The notes: generated by a model from the sequence alone, not told the origin. A stretch of 64,000 nucleotides of DNA from an uncultured Alphaproteobacteria bacterium (GCA_963819385.1 CAWFVV010000006.1:3149812-3213811); one strand, 5' to 3'; positions 50,101-59,799 are shown, numbered from the stretch's first letter. Program-made: numbers and translations.

Positions 50101-52548
50101 TTGCAGGCGGATCCGGTCGTGTCCCGATCTCGGTCAGCGCTGTGCGCTGCGCGGCTTCTCGCCGCGCTTGCGCTCATGCTCGCCGTCGGCGGCATGGCCG
50201 GCACGGCGCGCGCCGAGGAATCCCTGCAGCTCGAGGTCTTCATCAACGAGGTCCCGACGCAGCTCATCGGCGCCTTCGTGCTGCTCGACGACAAGCGCAT
50301 CGCATCGCGCCAGCACGAGCTGGAAGACATCGGACTCAATCCCAAGGGCCGCGGGGAGCCCGACAAGCTCGTCACGCTCGATGACCTTGCCGGAGTGTCC
50401 TACCGATACGACGAGTCGACGCAACGCATCCACATCACCGCACCCGACGATATGCGCATCTCCAAGGAGTACGATCTCTCGAACCGGACCAGGACGGACC
50501 TGCCGATACAGTCCGCCTACGGCGCTGTTCTCAACTACGACCTGTTTTCGTCGGCCGCCGGCGGCCAGCAGAGGCAATGGCTCGCGTTCAGCGGCGCATC
50601 CGGCACGTTCGATGCGCGATTCTTCACGCCCTACGGCACATTGTCCCAATCCCTGATCTTGCAGAACTCCGTGACCGAGCCCTTCGCGGCGCTGCGCCTC
50701 AACTCGACCTATACCTATTCCGACTACGAGACGATGCGGACGTATCGCCTGGGGGATACGATCAACGGCGGCCTGGCGTGGACCCGGCCGATCCGCATCG
50801 GCGGGCTGCAGGTGCAGCGCAATTTCGGCCTGCGCTCCGATCTCGTGACGCTGCCGTTGCCGGCCGCACGCGGCACCGCGGCGGTGCCGTCGACGGCCGA
50901 CATCTACATCAACAACATCAAGACCTACTCGCAGGACGTCGCTGCCGGCCCCTACGTGCTGAGCAATCTTCCCGCCATCGCCAGCAACGGCACGGCGCGC
51001 GTGGTCCTCCATGATTCCTCCGGAAGGACGACCGAGGCGACGCTGCCGTTCTACACCTCCGCCATGCTGCTCGCGCCCGGCCTGTTCGATTACTCGTTCG
51101 AGGCGGGGTTGCCGCGTCTCTCCTACGGCACGGTCGGCGATACGTATCTCACCCGGCCGGTTACCTCGGCGAGCGCTCGCTTCGGCATGTACGACTGGCT
51201 GACCCTCGAGGGTCATGCCGAGGGTGGCGCCGGCCTCGGCAACGCGAGCGCCGGCCTCGCGGCGCGCACGGGGTCGTTCGGGGTCACCTCGGCTGCGGTC
51301 GCGGCGAGCTATTACGCGTCGCGCACGGGCTTCCAGAGCTACGTCTCGTACGAGACGAAGCTGCTGGGGTTGAGCATCAACGCAAGCTCGCAGATGACAT
51401 TCGGCTCCTATGACGACCTTGCGTCCGTCACGGCCCGACTGCAGCAACAGGCCGTGCTGGCCAATCCGTTCGACGTGAGCTCGGCCGTCGATCTTTCCGC
51501 GTCGGTGACGCAGGCGATCAACGCGTCGGTGTTCACCAGCGCGCGTCCGCCGAAGGCCTTCAACCGCATCTCCGTCAGCGCACCGCTGCCGTTCGCGCGC
51601 GCGAACCTGACCGGAAGCTTTGTCGAGAGCATCGACGCGGCCGGCGTACGCTCGGACATCCTCTCCGCCACCCTCTCGGGCGGATGGCGCGACGTATCGG
51701 TCTTCGCGACGGCGTTCACGGCCCTGTCGGGCGTGAAGAACACCGGATTCATCGTCGGGGTCTCCATGCCGCTGGGCGACACGGCCACGATATCGACGTC
51801 CGTGTCCGGAGGCGCCGGCGGCAGCAGCGTGAACGTCGACGCCGTCAAGCCGCTCGACACGAAGGTCGGCAGCGTCGGCTGGCGCATCCACGACGGCGAA
51901 TTCGGCGCGACCCAGCGGGCGGCGGCGGTCTCTTATCGCTCCTCCTTCGCGCGCACCGAGGCCTCGGTCTACCAGGACAAGACCGGCGTGCAGGCCACCG
52001 CCGAGGTCGAAGGGGCGGTAGCCACGTTGGGCGGAGGCGTCTTTTTCACCAACCGGATCGACGACGCCTTCGCGGTGGTCCAGACCGGGGTCCCGGGAAT
52101 CCCGGTGTTCTACGAAAATCGACCGGCCGGCGTGACGAACGCGTCGGGGCTCGCGCTCATCACCGGCCTTCGCTCGTATCAGCCCAACAAGATCGCCATC
52201 GATGCGGCGAATCTGCCGGTCGACGCCGAGGTCACGACGAGCGAAGTCGTGGTCGCGCCGGCCGACCGCTCGGGCGTGAAGGTCGACTTCACGGTCAAGA
52301 CCGACACCCGTCCCGCCATCGTCGTGTTCCAGGGAGCCGACGGCCAGGCGCTCGCTGCCGGCGCGCAGGGGCAGATCGAAGGCGGCGAGAGCTTTGTGGT
52401 CGGCTACGACGGCCGTGCCTACGTCAAGAACCTGGCAGCCACCAACAACGCGACCGTGACGTTGATGAACGGCGAATGCCACGCCACCTTCGCGTACGAG
52501 CCTCACCCGAACGAGCAGGTGATCATTTCGCCGGTCGTCTGCAAATGA
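50101..52548 (+). CDS. fimbrial usher protein (outer-membrane, PapC/CsuD-like)
   Basis: 815 aa. N-terminal plug/chaperone-binding and beta-barrel usher architecture. Signal peptide region LLAALALMLAVGGMAG. Confidence 0.75.
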   Translation: MQADPVVSRSRSALCAARLLAALALMLAVGGMAGTARAEESLQLEVFINEVPTQLIGAFVLLDDKRIASRQHELEDIGLNPKGRGEPDKLVTLDDLAGVSYRYDESTQRIHITAPDDMRISKEYDLSNRTRTDLPIQSAYGAVLNYDLFSSAAGGQQRQWLAFSGASGTFDARFFTPYGTLSQSLILQNSVTEPFAALRLNSTYTYSDYETMRTYRLGDTINGGLAWTRPIRIGGLQVQRNFGLRSDLVTLPLPAARGTAAVPSTADIYINNIKTYSQDVAAGPYVLSNLPAIASNGTARVVLHDSSGRTTEATLPFYTSAMLLAPGLFDYSFEAGLPRLSYGTVGDTYLTRPVTSASARFGMYDWLTLEGHAEGGAGLGNASAGLAARTGSFGVTSAAVAASYYASRTGFQSYVSYETKLLGLSINASSQMTFGSYDDLASVTARLQQQAVLANPFDVSSAVDLSASVTQAINASVFTSARPPKAFNRISVSAPLPFARANLTGSFVESIDAAGVRSDILSATLSGGWRDVSVFATAFTALSGVKNTGFIVGVSMPLGDTATISTSVSGGAGGSSVNVDAVKPLDTKVGSVGWRIHDGEFGATQRAAAVSYRSSFARTEASVYQDKTGVQATAEVEGAVATLGGGVFFTNRIDDAFAVVQTGVPGIPVFYENRPAGVTNASGLALITGLRSYQPNKIAIDAANLPVDAEVTTSEVVVAPADRSGVKVDFTVKTDTRPAIVVFQGADGQALAAGAQGQIEGGESFVVGYDGRAYVKNLAATNNATVTLMNGECHATFAYEPHPNEQVIISPVVCK

Positions 52549-52570
52549 ACGGGGAAGCGCGGCGCGCGCT

Positions 52571-52608
52571 CGACCGAATTCCGATCACGCGTGATCGGAA
52601 TTCGGTCG
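52571..52608. repeat. 38-bp perfect palindrome (cgaccgaattccgatcacg|cgtgatcggaattcggtcg)
   Basis: Sits between the convergent stops of the usher and the two-domain SCPU gene. Confidence 0.8.
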
Positions 52609-52668
52609 AGATTCGATATTGGTCGCATTTTCCACAGAAAGCCGGTGGCCACTTTTCCTGAAAATGCT

Positions 52669-53622
52669 CTAGTACGTGATGGTGGCGACGATCGTGTCGG
52701 TGTAGGTGCCCGGTGCGGGCGTCGTCTGCGGCGCCACGCGGCCATACACATTCAGGGGCTGCGCGAGCCCCGTTCCGGTGCTGGAGGCGGTGTTCACCCC
52801 GGAGGTCGATCCCCAGGGCACGGACCGCGCGGAATCCTGGTACAGGCCATACACCACGTTGGCACTGCTGAACGTCATCTTGCGTTGTGCCGGGTTCGTG
52901 GCGCCCGAAAGCCCCCCGTCAAGGCTCACGGCGTATGGCAGGCCGAGGGTGCACTGAACGCTGAGCGTGCCTTGGGCATCCTTGTTGCTGCTCAGGATGC
53001 CTTGGCTGCCGAAGCTGATACCGGTCGCCCCGATGGTGCAATTGCTCGACACCGTCGCGGTCACGGTTGCGGTCTTGCTGTTGGTCAGCGTGCCGACCGG
53101 GCAATTTACCGAGCCTTGTTGAATATAGGTGATGGAGGCCGAGACCGTCGACGTGTAGCTGCCGGCGGCATCCGTCGGCTGCGACGCCAGGAAACGCGCG
53201 TAGACCGTCTGGTTGACGGTGCCGTTCTTGGGCACGCTCACCTGCACGCCGGCAGTGTCATATCCGGTCTGCCATGACCCCCACAGGGTCGTGCGCGCCG
53301 AGTCGGAATAGAGGTCATAGCGGGCGGTGTGGCTGCTCGGCCCGGTCATTTGCCGGCTCGTCGAATCGCAGGCCGACCCGCAGGCGATGCTCACGCACGC
53401 GCGCACCGTTGCGCCGCCGCCCGAGCACGTCACCGTGACCGTGGCGGTCGTATCGACGGCTGCCCCCGGAAGGACATTGACGGTGCCGAATGCCACGCTG
53501 GTCATGCTGACCGAGCAGGATTGCGCATCTGCCTGCGTGGCAACCAGCATTGCCAACAAGCCAAGCGAACTGACGAGGGTCCGCCTGGCGAGCCGGAAGC
53601 AATCGATCCGAAATTCCCGCAT
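52669..53622 (-). CDS. tandem two-SCPU-domain secreted protein (CsuE-like tip adhesin candidate)
   Basis: Signal peptide MREFRIDCFRLARRTLVSSLGLLAMLVATQADA, two SCPU-like repeats, C-terminus TDTIVATITY. Confidence 0.65.
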   Translation of the reverse strand: MREFRIDCFRLARRTLVSSLGLLAMLVATQADAQSCSVSMTSVAFGTVNVLPGAAVDTTATVTVTCSGGGATVRACVSIACGSACDSTSRQMTGPSSHTARYDLYSDSARTTLWGSWQTGYDTAGVQVSVPKNGTVNQTVYARFLASQPTDAAGSYTSTVSASITYIQQGSVNCPVGTLTNSKTATVTATVSSNCTIGATGISFGSQGILSSNKDAQGTLSVQCTLGLPYAVSLDGGLSGATNPAQRKMTFSSANVVYGLYQDSARSVPWGSTSGVNTASSTGTGLAQPLNVYGRVAPQTTPAPGTYTDTIVATITY

Positions 53623-53733
53623 TAGTAGTGTCGAATTACGTTGATGGAACGCAGAATTACTAAGCGTTCCATGATTAATAGCCAATTAACACATTCGGTA
53701 TATCCTTACGTATAATTACGTGGGGGAAACATC

Positions 53734-54249
53734 ATGCATGTTAGTTTGATGCGACGGCACCGGCTCGGCTTGGTCGGCATTCTGGCGACCGCCTGCCTGC
53801 TGCAGTCCGTAGAGCGTCCGCTCGCGGCGACGGCCACAACCACCTTCTCGGTGTCGGTCACGCTGGCGGCGACTTGCACGATCAACAGCGCCTCGGCGCT
53901 GAACTTCGGCAACCAGGGCATTCTCGCCACCAACGTCGATCAGACCTCGACGGTCCAGGTCACCTGCACCAACACGACGCCCTACAACATCGGCCTCGAC
54001 GCCGGCGCCGGCGCCGGCGCCTCCGTCGCGACGCGCAAGCTGACGAGCGGCGGCGCCACCGTGAACTACTCGCTCTACAGCGACAGCGGCCGCGCCACCG
54101 TGTGGGGCAATACGGTCGGCACCGACACGGTTACGGGGACCGGAAACGGCACCGGCCAGAACTACACGGTTTATGGCCGGATTCCGACGCAGACGACACC
54201 CGCGCCGGGCACCTACACGGATACGATCACGGTCACCGTGACGTATTGA
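53734..54249 (+). CDS. SCPU-domain fimbrial subunit, paralogue of 49560-50081
   Basis: ~80% identical to the first pilin (TTTFSVSVTLAATCTINSASALNFGNQGILATNVDQ...TVTVTY). Confidence 0.75.
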   Translation: MHVSLMRRHRLGLVGILATACLLQSVERPLAATATTTFSVSVTLAATCTINSASALNFGNQGILATNVDQTSTVQVTCTNTTPYNIGLDAGAGAGASVATRKLTSGGATVNYSLYSDSGRATVWGNTVGTDTVTGTGNGTGQNYTVYGRIPTQTTPAPGTYTDTITVTVTY

Positions 54250-54283
54250 GCTGAACACGTCGACATTTCACTCGAGGCTCTCC

Positions 54284-55009
54284 ATGCGCTCAATGCTCGC
54301 CAAAACTGCGGTCGCCGTGGCTCTCCTGGCCGGCACGTATTTGCCCGCGAAAGCCGGCTCCCTTCAGGTGGAGCCGGTGCTGATCGACGCAACGACGGCA
54401 GGCGCCGCCGCCTCGACGTTGACGTTGCACAATGCCGGCACGACCCCGATCAACGCGCAAGTCCGCGTGTTTCGCTGGTCGCAGACGAACGGGCAGGAAA
54501 AGCTCGAGCCGACCGACGACGTCGCGGCGAGCCCGCCCGTGCTCACCCTCGGGCCGAATGCGAAAAACATCGTTCGGATCATTCGCCAGTCGAAGCAACC
54601 GGTCGTCGGCGAGGAGAGCTATCGTCTGCTGATCGATCAATTGCCCGATCTGTCGCAGCAGAAGAACGGCGGCGTCAACCTGCTGGTGCGCTATTCGATC
54701 CCGGTCTTCTTCGGCGCCGCCAACAAGAAGAGCCCGACGCTCGCATGGTCGGTCGCCGTCAAGGGCGACAAGGTCACGCTCTCGGCGCATAACACCGGCG
54801 ATCGCCGGCTGCGGATCTCGGCCCTCACCCTTCGGGACGCCAGTGGCCGCAAAATTTCGCTCGGCGCCGGGCTGGCCGGATACGCGCTCGGCCAGTCGAC
54901 GAAAATCTGGACCGTTCCAAGCCATGGATTCTCGGCCCAGGGATCGGCATCCATCTCGGCCCAGAGCGACGGCGGGCCGATCCAGGCGGTCGCTTCGATC
55001 GCGCGCTAA
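54284..55009 (+). CDS. fimbrial periplasmic chaperone (PapD/CsuC-like)
   Basis: Signal peptide. Ig-like chaperone motifs (VRIIRQS, NLLVRYSIPVF). Confidence 0.7.
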   Translation: MRSMLAKTAVAVALLAGTYLPAKAGSLQVEPVLIDATTAGAAASTLTLHNAGTTPINAQVRVFRWSQTNGQEKLEPTDDVAASPPVLTLGPNAKNIVRIIRQSKQPVVGEESYRLLIDQLPDLSQQKNGGVNLLVRYSIPVFFGAANKKSPTLAWSVAVKGDKVTLSAHNTGDRRLRISALTLRDASGRKISLGAGLAGYALGQSTKIWTVPSHGFSAQGSASISAQSDGGPIQAVASIAR

Positions 55010-55105
55010 CCCTCTCTCTCTTCACGAGTGCCCGAATGGTCGGGCACTCGTGCTATCCGCGAACGCCTGACCGGCGCGGGCTGGCGGCGGCGTTGATCGG
55101 GCGCC

Positions 55106-56248
55106 CTACATCCGGAACTCTTCGCCGAGATAGAGCCGGCGGACGTCCGGGTTATTGACGATATCGTCGGCCCGGCCTTCCATCAGGACCTCGCCCGAGT
55201 AGATGATGTAGGCGCGGTCGGTGAGGCCGAGCGTCTCGCGCACGTTGTGGTCGGTGATCAGCACGCCGATGCCGCGCTGGGTGAGATGGCGCACCAGCGC
55301 CTGGATGTCGCCGACCGCGATCGGGTCGATGCCGGCGAAGGGCTCGTCGAGCAGCATGTAGTTCGGCCGCGTCGCCAGCGCGCGCGCGATCTCGACACGG
55401 CGGCGCTCGCCGCCCGACAGCGCGATCGTCGGCGTCTTGCGCAGGCGCGCGATGTTGAACTCCTCAAGCAGCGCGTCGAGATCGTATTCGCGCCGCTTGC
55501 GGCTCGGCTCGATCAGCTCGAGCACGGCGCGGATGTTCTGCTCGACATTGAGGCCGCGGAAGATCGAGGCTTCCTGCGGCAGATAGCCGATGCCGAGGCG
55601 GGCGCGCTGATACATCGGCAGCGACGTCACGTCGTGACCGTCGAGCTCGATGCGGCCTTTGTCGGCCGTGATCAGCCCGGTGATCATGTAGAACACGGTG
55701 GTCTTGCCGGCGCCGTTCGGCCCGAGCAGGCCCACCGCCTCGCCGCGGCGGACATAGAGGCTCACGCCCTTGACCACCTTGCGGCCGACGAAGCTGCGCT
55801 CGACGCCGTGCGCCGCAAGATACCCTTGCACGTTCGCCTGCGGGGATGCGCCGTCGTCTTGCCGCTGTACCTGCCGGCGCCGGCCCGCGTCTCGCGACGG
55901 CTGGGCGGGTTGGGCAGGCTCGTCGCGCCACTCCTGATCGGGCTGCGGATCGTAGCGCGCGTCCTGCCGCGGGTCCTGATACGGATCGTGACGCGGGTCC
56001 TGGTACGGCTCTTGATCCGGCTCGTGGCGGGGTTCTGGCCGCAACTCCTGGCGCGGCTCCTGATACGCGTCCTGACGGGCGGGCGGATGGGCTCGATTCT
56101 GCGGCTGGCCGCGCTGCTGGCTCATCGGCTCGACGCGGCCCGTGAACATCGGACCGCTGACCGGCCGCGCAATGCTGCGCCGGCCGCCGCCGGGCGCGCC
56201 GCCCGGTTTCCCGCCCTTGCGCCGAAACCAAGCGAGTAGGTCGAGCAC
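55106..56248 (-). CDS. lptB: LPS export ABC transporter ATP-binding protein LptB with a low-complexity N-terminal extension
   Basis: C-terminal ~250 aa is canonical LptB (GPNGAGKTT, LSGGERRRVEIARAL, LLDEPFAGIDP). N-terminal ~130 aa is Pro/Gln/Asp/Arg-rich (QDPRHDPYQDPRQDARYDP...). The true start could be internal (e.g. 56125). Confidence 0.75.
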   Translation of the reverse strand: MLDLLAWFRRKGGKPGGAPGGGRRSIARPVSGPMFTGRVEPMSQQRGQPQNRAHPPARQDAYQEPRQELRPEPRHEPDQEPYQDPRHDPYQDPRQDARYDPQPDQEWRDEPAQPAQPSRDAGRRRQVQRQDDGASPQANVQGYLAAHGVERSFVGRKVVKGVSLYVRRGEAVGLLGPNGAGKTTVFYMITGLITADKGRIELDGHDVTSLPMYQRARLGIGYLPQEASIFRGLNVEQNIRAVLELIEPSRKRREYDLDALLEEFNIARLRKTPTIALSGGERRRVEIARALATRPNYMLLDEPFAGIDPIAVGDIQALVRHLTQRGIGVLITDHNVRETLGLTDRAYIIYSGEVLMEGRADDIVNNPDVRRLYLGEEFRM

Positions 56249-56398
56249 ACGTGCCTCAAGGCCGAAGAATGCCGAAAGCGCCCCGCTCGGCGGCTGATTC
56301 GCGCCTCGCGCCGCAATGCGGCTTGCCCCGGCTCGTGATAATCGCTCACCCGGTTCCTTTCAACCGCGTTGCCGGCAACCGCCGCGCAAACGCGGGCG

Positions 56399-57088
56399 TC
56401 AGTACAAGCCTGAAGGATTAGGATTGGTCGAACGGGCTTTCGGCGCCGCGTGCGGCGGCGGCGGATGCGGAGCCGCGGGCGGTGCGGCGCGATTGTCGCC
56501 CTTGTTGGTGGAGTTCGGCACGATCAGGCTGTAGACGCCGCCCTCGCCTTCGAAGTGCGACACGCCCGTATCGAGGTGGACGACGAGACGCGGGCCGCGC
56601 ACGACGTTGGGTCCCTGCGTGACCGCAACGACGCCGCCGGGCGCCGGGAAGAGGCGGACCGTATCGTCCGCGATGTCGTAGATCGCCTTCTCGCCGGTCG
56701 CGGTCTGGCCCTTCTGGGTCACGACGACGCTGCCGGTCGCCTCGATGCGCCTGATCTGCTGGCTGCCGGCCGGCGCCGGCGTCGTGGCCTTGACGGCCGG
56801 GCCGCCCGCCTCGCCGGCATCGTAGAAGACGACCAGGGTCTTGCAGCGCAGCGTCGTGTCGCCTTGCACCAGAACGACGTTGCCCGAATAGGTCGCGATC
56901 TTCTTCTTGTCGCGCACTTCGAGCGTCTGCGCGTTGATCTGCACGGGCTCACTGCGGTTCTGCGAAAAGCCCTGCAGCGCGTTGGGCTGCTGCGATTGCG
57001 GCTGCGGCTGCGCGTGCGCGATGCCGACCGTCAGCGCGAGCGCGGCCAGGGACGACAACAGGTTGCCAAGCGTCATGCGCATCGTCAT
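56399..57088 (-). CDS. lptA: LPS transport periplasmic protein LptA (OstA-like)
   Basis: Signal peptide, OstA domain, Pro-rich C-terminal tail. Confidence 0.7.
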   Translation of the reverse strand: MTMRMTLGNLLSSLAALALTVGIAHAQPQPQSQQPNALQGFSQNRSEPVQINAQTLEVRDKKKIATYSGNVVLVQGDTTLRCKTLVVFYDAGEAGGPAVKATTPAPAGSQQIRRIEATGSVVVTQKGQTATGEKAIYDIADDTVRLFPAPGGVVAVTQGPNVVRGPRLVVHLDTGVSHFEGEGGVYSLIVPNSTNKGDNRAAPPAAPHPPPPHAAPKARSTNPNPSGLY

Positions 57089-57786
57089 TGCCTCGCGATC
57101 GGTTCGGGCTTGGCGGCGGGCGCAGCATTCGCGGTGCCGGCAGCCTGCTGCGGCACCAGATGGGTCTCGACCCCGTTGGTGAATCGAATGAGATCGCCGC
57201 TCTCGAGCACTTCAAGCCCTTTGGCATCAATGGTGCCGTTCGTCATCGTCACCGCGACCGGCTTGCTGGAGATGATGCGTCCCGCCTTGTTGTCGAGCTT
57301 GGCTTCGTCGAGGTGCACCGTGTAACCGGTCGACGTGGTGAGCACGATCTTGGTCTTGAGCACCATTGTGTCGGCCTTGGTGTCGTAGACGCCGTTCTTG
57401 GCGCGCAGCTCCATCAACGAACGGTCCTGCAGCGTGACGTGGGCGAGCACGTCGGAGAGCTCAAGGACGCCCGGGTTGGTGAGGTCCTGGGCGGCCGTGC
57501 GGGCGGTGAGATCGTAGGGCCGGTTGTCGCGCGTGAACCCGGCGATGTGCGGCGCCTCCATGTTGATCTTGGATCCGGTCAGCACGAAACGGTCGATCGG
57601 AAGCTTGGCCAGAATTTGCAGCGGCTTGAAGTAGGTGTTCGCGACCACGACGACCAGAGCGACCAGAAGCGCGGCCGGGATCGCGCGGCGGAACAGCCGC
57701 ACCACGCGGCTATGATGTGCCGCGGTGCGAAAGGCGCGCTCGCGATCGTTTCCTCCCGCGAACGAGACGCCGCCTGGATCGCGCAT
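57085..57786 (-). CDS. lptC: LPS export system protein LptC
   Basis: Single N-terminal TM (AIPAALLVALVVVV), LptC fold, immediately upstream of lptA. Confidence 0.6.
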   Translation of the reverse strand: MRDPGGVSFAGGNDRERAFRTAAHHSRVVRLFRRAIPAALLVALVVVVANTYFKPLQILAKLPIDRFVLTGSKINMEAPHIAGFTRDNRPYDLTARTAAQDLTNPGVLELSDVLAHVTLQDRSLMELRAKNGVYDTKADTMVLKTKIVLTTSTGYTVHLDEAKLDNKAGRIISSKPVAVTMTNGTIDAKGLEVLESGDLIRFTNGVETHLVPQQAAGTANAAPAAKPEPIARQ

Positions 57787-58054
57787 GGTCGCTGCAGGGC
57801 TCAGTGCTATCCCCCTCAATGTCCTCGGGCGTTCTCGGGCGCGGGCCAGAATCACGCCCCCCGCACACCTTAACGCCCGCCCATATGCCGGCGAAAGCTG
57901 CCCCCGGACCGATCCGGGACGGACACCGGTTCCCGACATCCACCGGGATGCTCATGGATACTCGTGGGTGCCCAACGAGCGCCCATCCCGTCACGGACCT
58001 AATCACCCTGCAATTATGGCTGCGGCACGGCGGCCTGCGCCCGGCCGGAAGTGT

Positions 58055-58669
58055 TCAGGAATGGGAAAAAATGTCCTCGGCGGCCCAGCCCGCGAGGTCG
58101 AGCCGCACCCGGTCGGGCAGGAAACCGAAACAGGCTGCCGCAAGCGCGGTGCGCCCCTCGCGCGCCAGCATGACGTCGAGCTTGTCCTTCAGCGCATGCA
58201 GATGCAGCACGTCGGAGGCCGCATAGGCGACCTGGGCATCGGTCAGCTCCGGCGCACCCCAATCGGACGACTGCTGCTGCTTGGAAATGTCCACGCCCAG
58301 CACCTCGCGGCTGAGGTCCTTGAGGCCGTGCTTGTCCGTGTAGGTGCGGGAGAGGCGGGAGGCGATCTTGGTGCAGTAAACCGGCTGCGCCATCACGCCG
58401 AAGGCGTTGAACAGCATGCCGATGTCGAAACGGGCGAAATGGAAGATCTTGAGGCGCGCCGGATCGGCGAGCAGCGCCTTGATGTTGGGCGCATCGTGCG
58501 CGCCGGGCGGAATTTGCACCACGTCGGCGCTGCCGTCGCCGGGCGAAAGCTGGACGACGCACAGCCGGTCACGGCGCGGATCGAGCCCCATGGTCTCGGT
58601 GTCGATCGCCACCGCCCCCGGGTAGCGGGCAAGGTCAGGCAGGTCTCCGCGATGCAGGCGGATGGTCAT
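58055..58669 (-). CDS. 3'-5' exonuclease (RNase D/DnaQ-like DEDDy)
   Basis: Exo I motif AIDTETMGL. Y-x3-D motif region AYAASDVLHL. Confidence 0.7.
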   Translation of the reverse strand: MTIRLHRGDLPDLARYPGAVAIDTETMGLDPRRDRLCVVQLSPGDGSADVVQIPPGAHDAPNIKALLADPARLKIFHFARFDIGMLFNAFGVMAQPVYCTKIASRLSRTYTDKHGLKDLSREVLGVDISKQQQSSDWGAPELTDAQVAYAASDVLHLHALKDKLDVMLAREGRTALAAACFGFLPDRVRLDLAGWAAEDIFSHS

Positions 58670-58953
58670 CAGGCAGGATCTCCGCTGCGCCCCGGCCGCC
58701 AAGAAATCTTTGGGGCCAAGCAATCTTTTGAATCTACACAGGTTTTCCGACGCGACCCAGGACATTTATCACACTGCTGTGGGTCGTCAAATCGAAGGGT
58801 TGCGGGGTGCCTCCGCGACGTGCGAAAATTTTCCTTGACCGCATCCGGTTGCCGGGGAACCCGGGATGCCCTTGCGAGTCATGGTATTGGCGCAGGTTCC
58901 GGCCGGCCAGGCGGCTTTCGCTGCGAGATGCGCCAAGATGGGGTGAGGGTGGG

Positions 58954-59799
58954 GTGGGCGTTGCGATAAAACGGCTCGTGGTTGCGTTGGGCCTTGCCGT
59001 GGCCGCGGCGGCCGCGCAGGCGCAAACCACGGATGAGCGCGTCCCCCATCCAAGCCACGACAACCCGTCACTGGTGACGGCGTTGCGCAATTGGATCGCC
59101 GAGAAGACGGCCGACAAGAAGACCGCCGTCAAGACGCCGGCCCCGCGCGTCGCCGCCGAGGCCCGCCCGCATCGCCGCTATCGCGTGCACCACTACCGGG
59201 TGCCCGAAACCGCTGCGCCGAGAACCGCGACCATCGCGCCGACCACAGTTCCCACAGCTCCCACGCTGGCTTCCGCGATGCCGGTTGCGCCCGTCGAGAC
59301 ACCGCCGGCCGAAACGCCGACGCCCGCCGCGAGCGCCGCGCCGAGCACCCCAGTTGGCGCCACCACGGCGCCAGTCGCCATGACCGCCTCGGTCGCCCCC
59401 ACCGCCCCGCCCGCTCCGTCCCCGGCGCCCGAGAACCTGACCATGCCGCGGCCGGTCGCGACCATCACGGTGATGGCGCCGCGCCCGAGCGCCACACGCC
59501 CGACGCCCGGGCGCAGCCAATGCGTCACCGGCGAGCGGATCGTCACGGCTTACTACTGGGAGGGCAAATACACGGCGACCGGCGCGCGCTTCAATCCCGA
59601 CGGCATGACGGCGGCGCACCGCACCTTCCCGTTCGGCACCAAGCTTCTGGTGATCAACCCGCGCAACGGCAAGTCCGTTACCGTCACGATCAACGACCGC
59701 GGCCCGTTCACGCGCGGCGTGACACTCGACTTGAGCCGCGGCGCCGCCCAGGCGATCGGCCTGCAGGGCAACGCCGTCGTGTGCATGGCGAAGATGTAG
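58954..59799 (+). CDS. rlpA: septal ring lytic transglycosylase RlpA family protein (DPBB domain), Pro/Ala/Thr-rich linker
   Basis: C-terminal double-psi beta-barrel (TAYYWEGKYTATGARFNPDGMTAAHRTFPFGT...VTINDRGPF). Probable GTG start ahead of the signal peptide. Confidence 0.65.
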   Translation: MGVAIKRLVVALGLAVAAAAAQAQTTDERVPHPSHDNPSLVTALRNWIAEKTADKKTAVKTPAPRVAAEARPHRRYRVHHYRVPETAAPRTATIAPTTVPTAPTLASAMPVAPVETPPAETPTPAASAAPSTPVGATTAPVAMTASVAPTAPPAPSPAPENLTMPRPVATITVMAPRPSATRPTPGRSQCVTGERIVTAYYWEGKYTATGARFNPDGMTAAHRTFPFGTKLLVINPRNGKSVTVTINDRGPFTRGVTLDLSRGAAQAIGLQGNAVVCMAKM

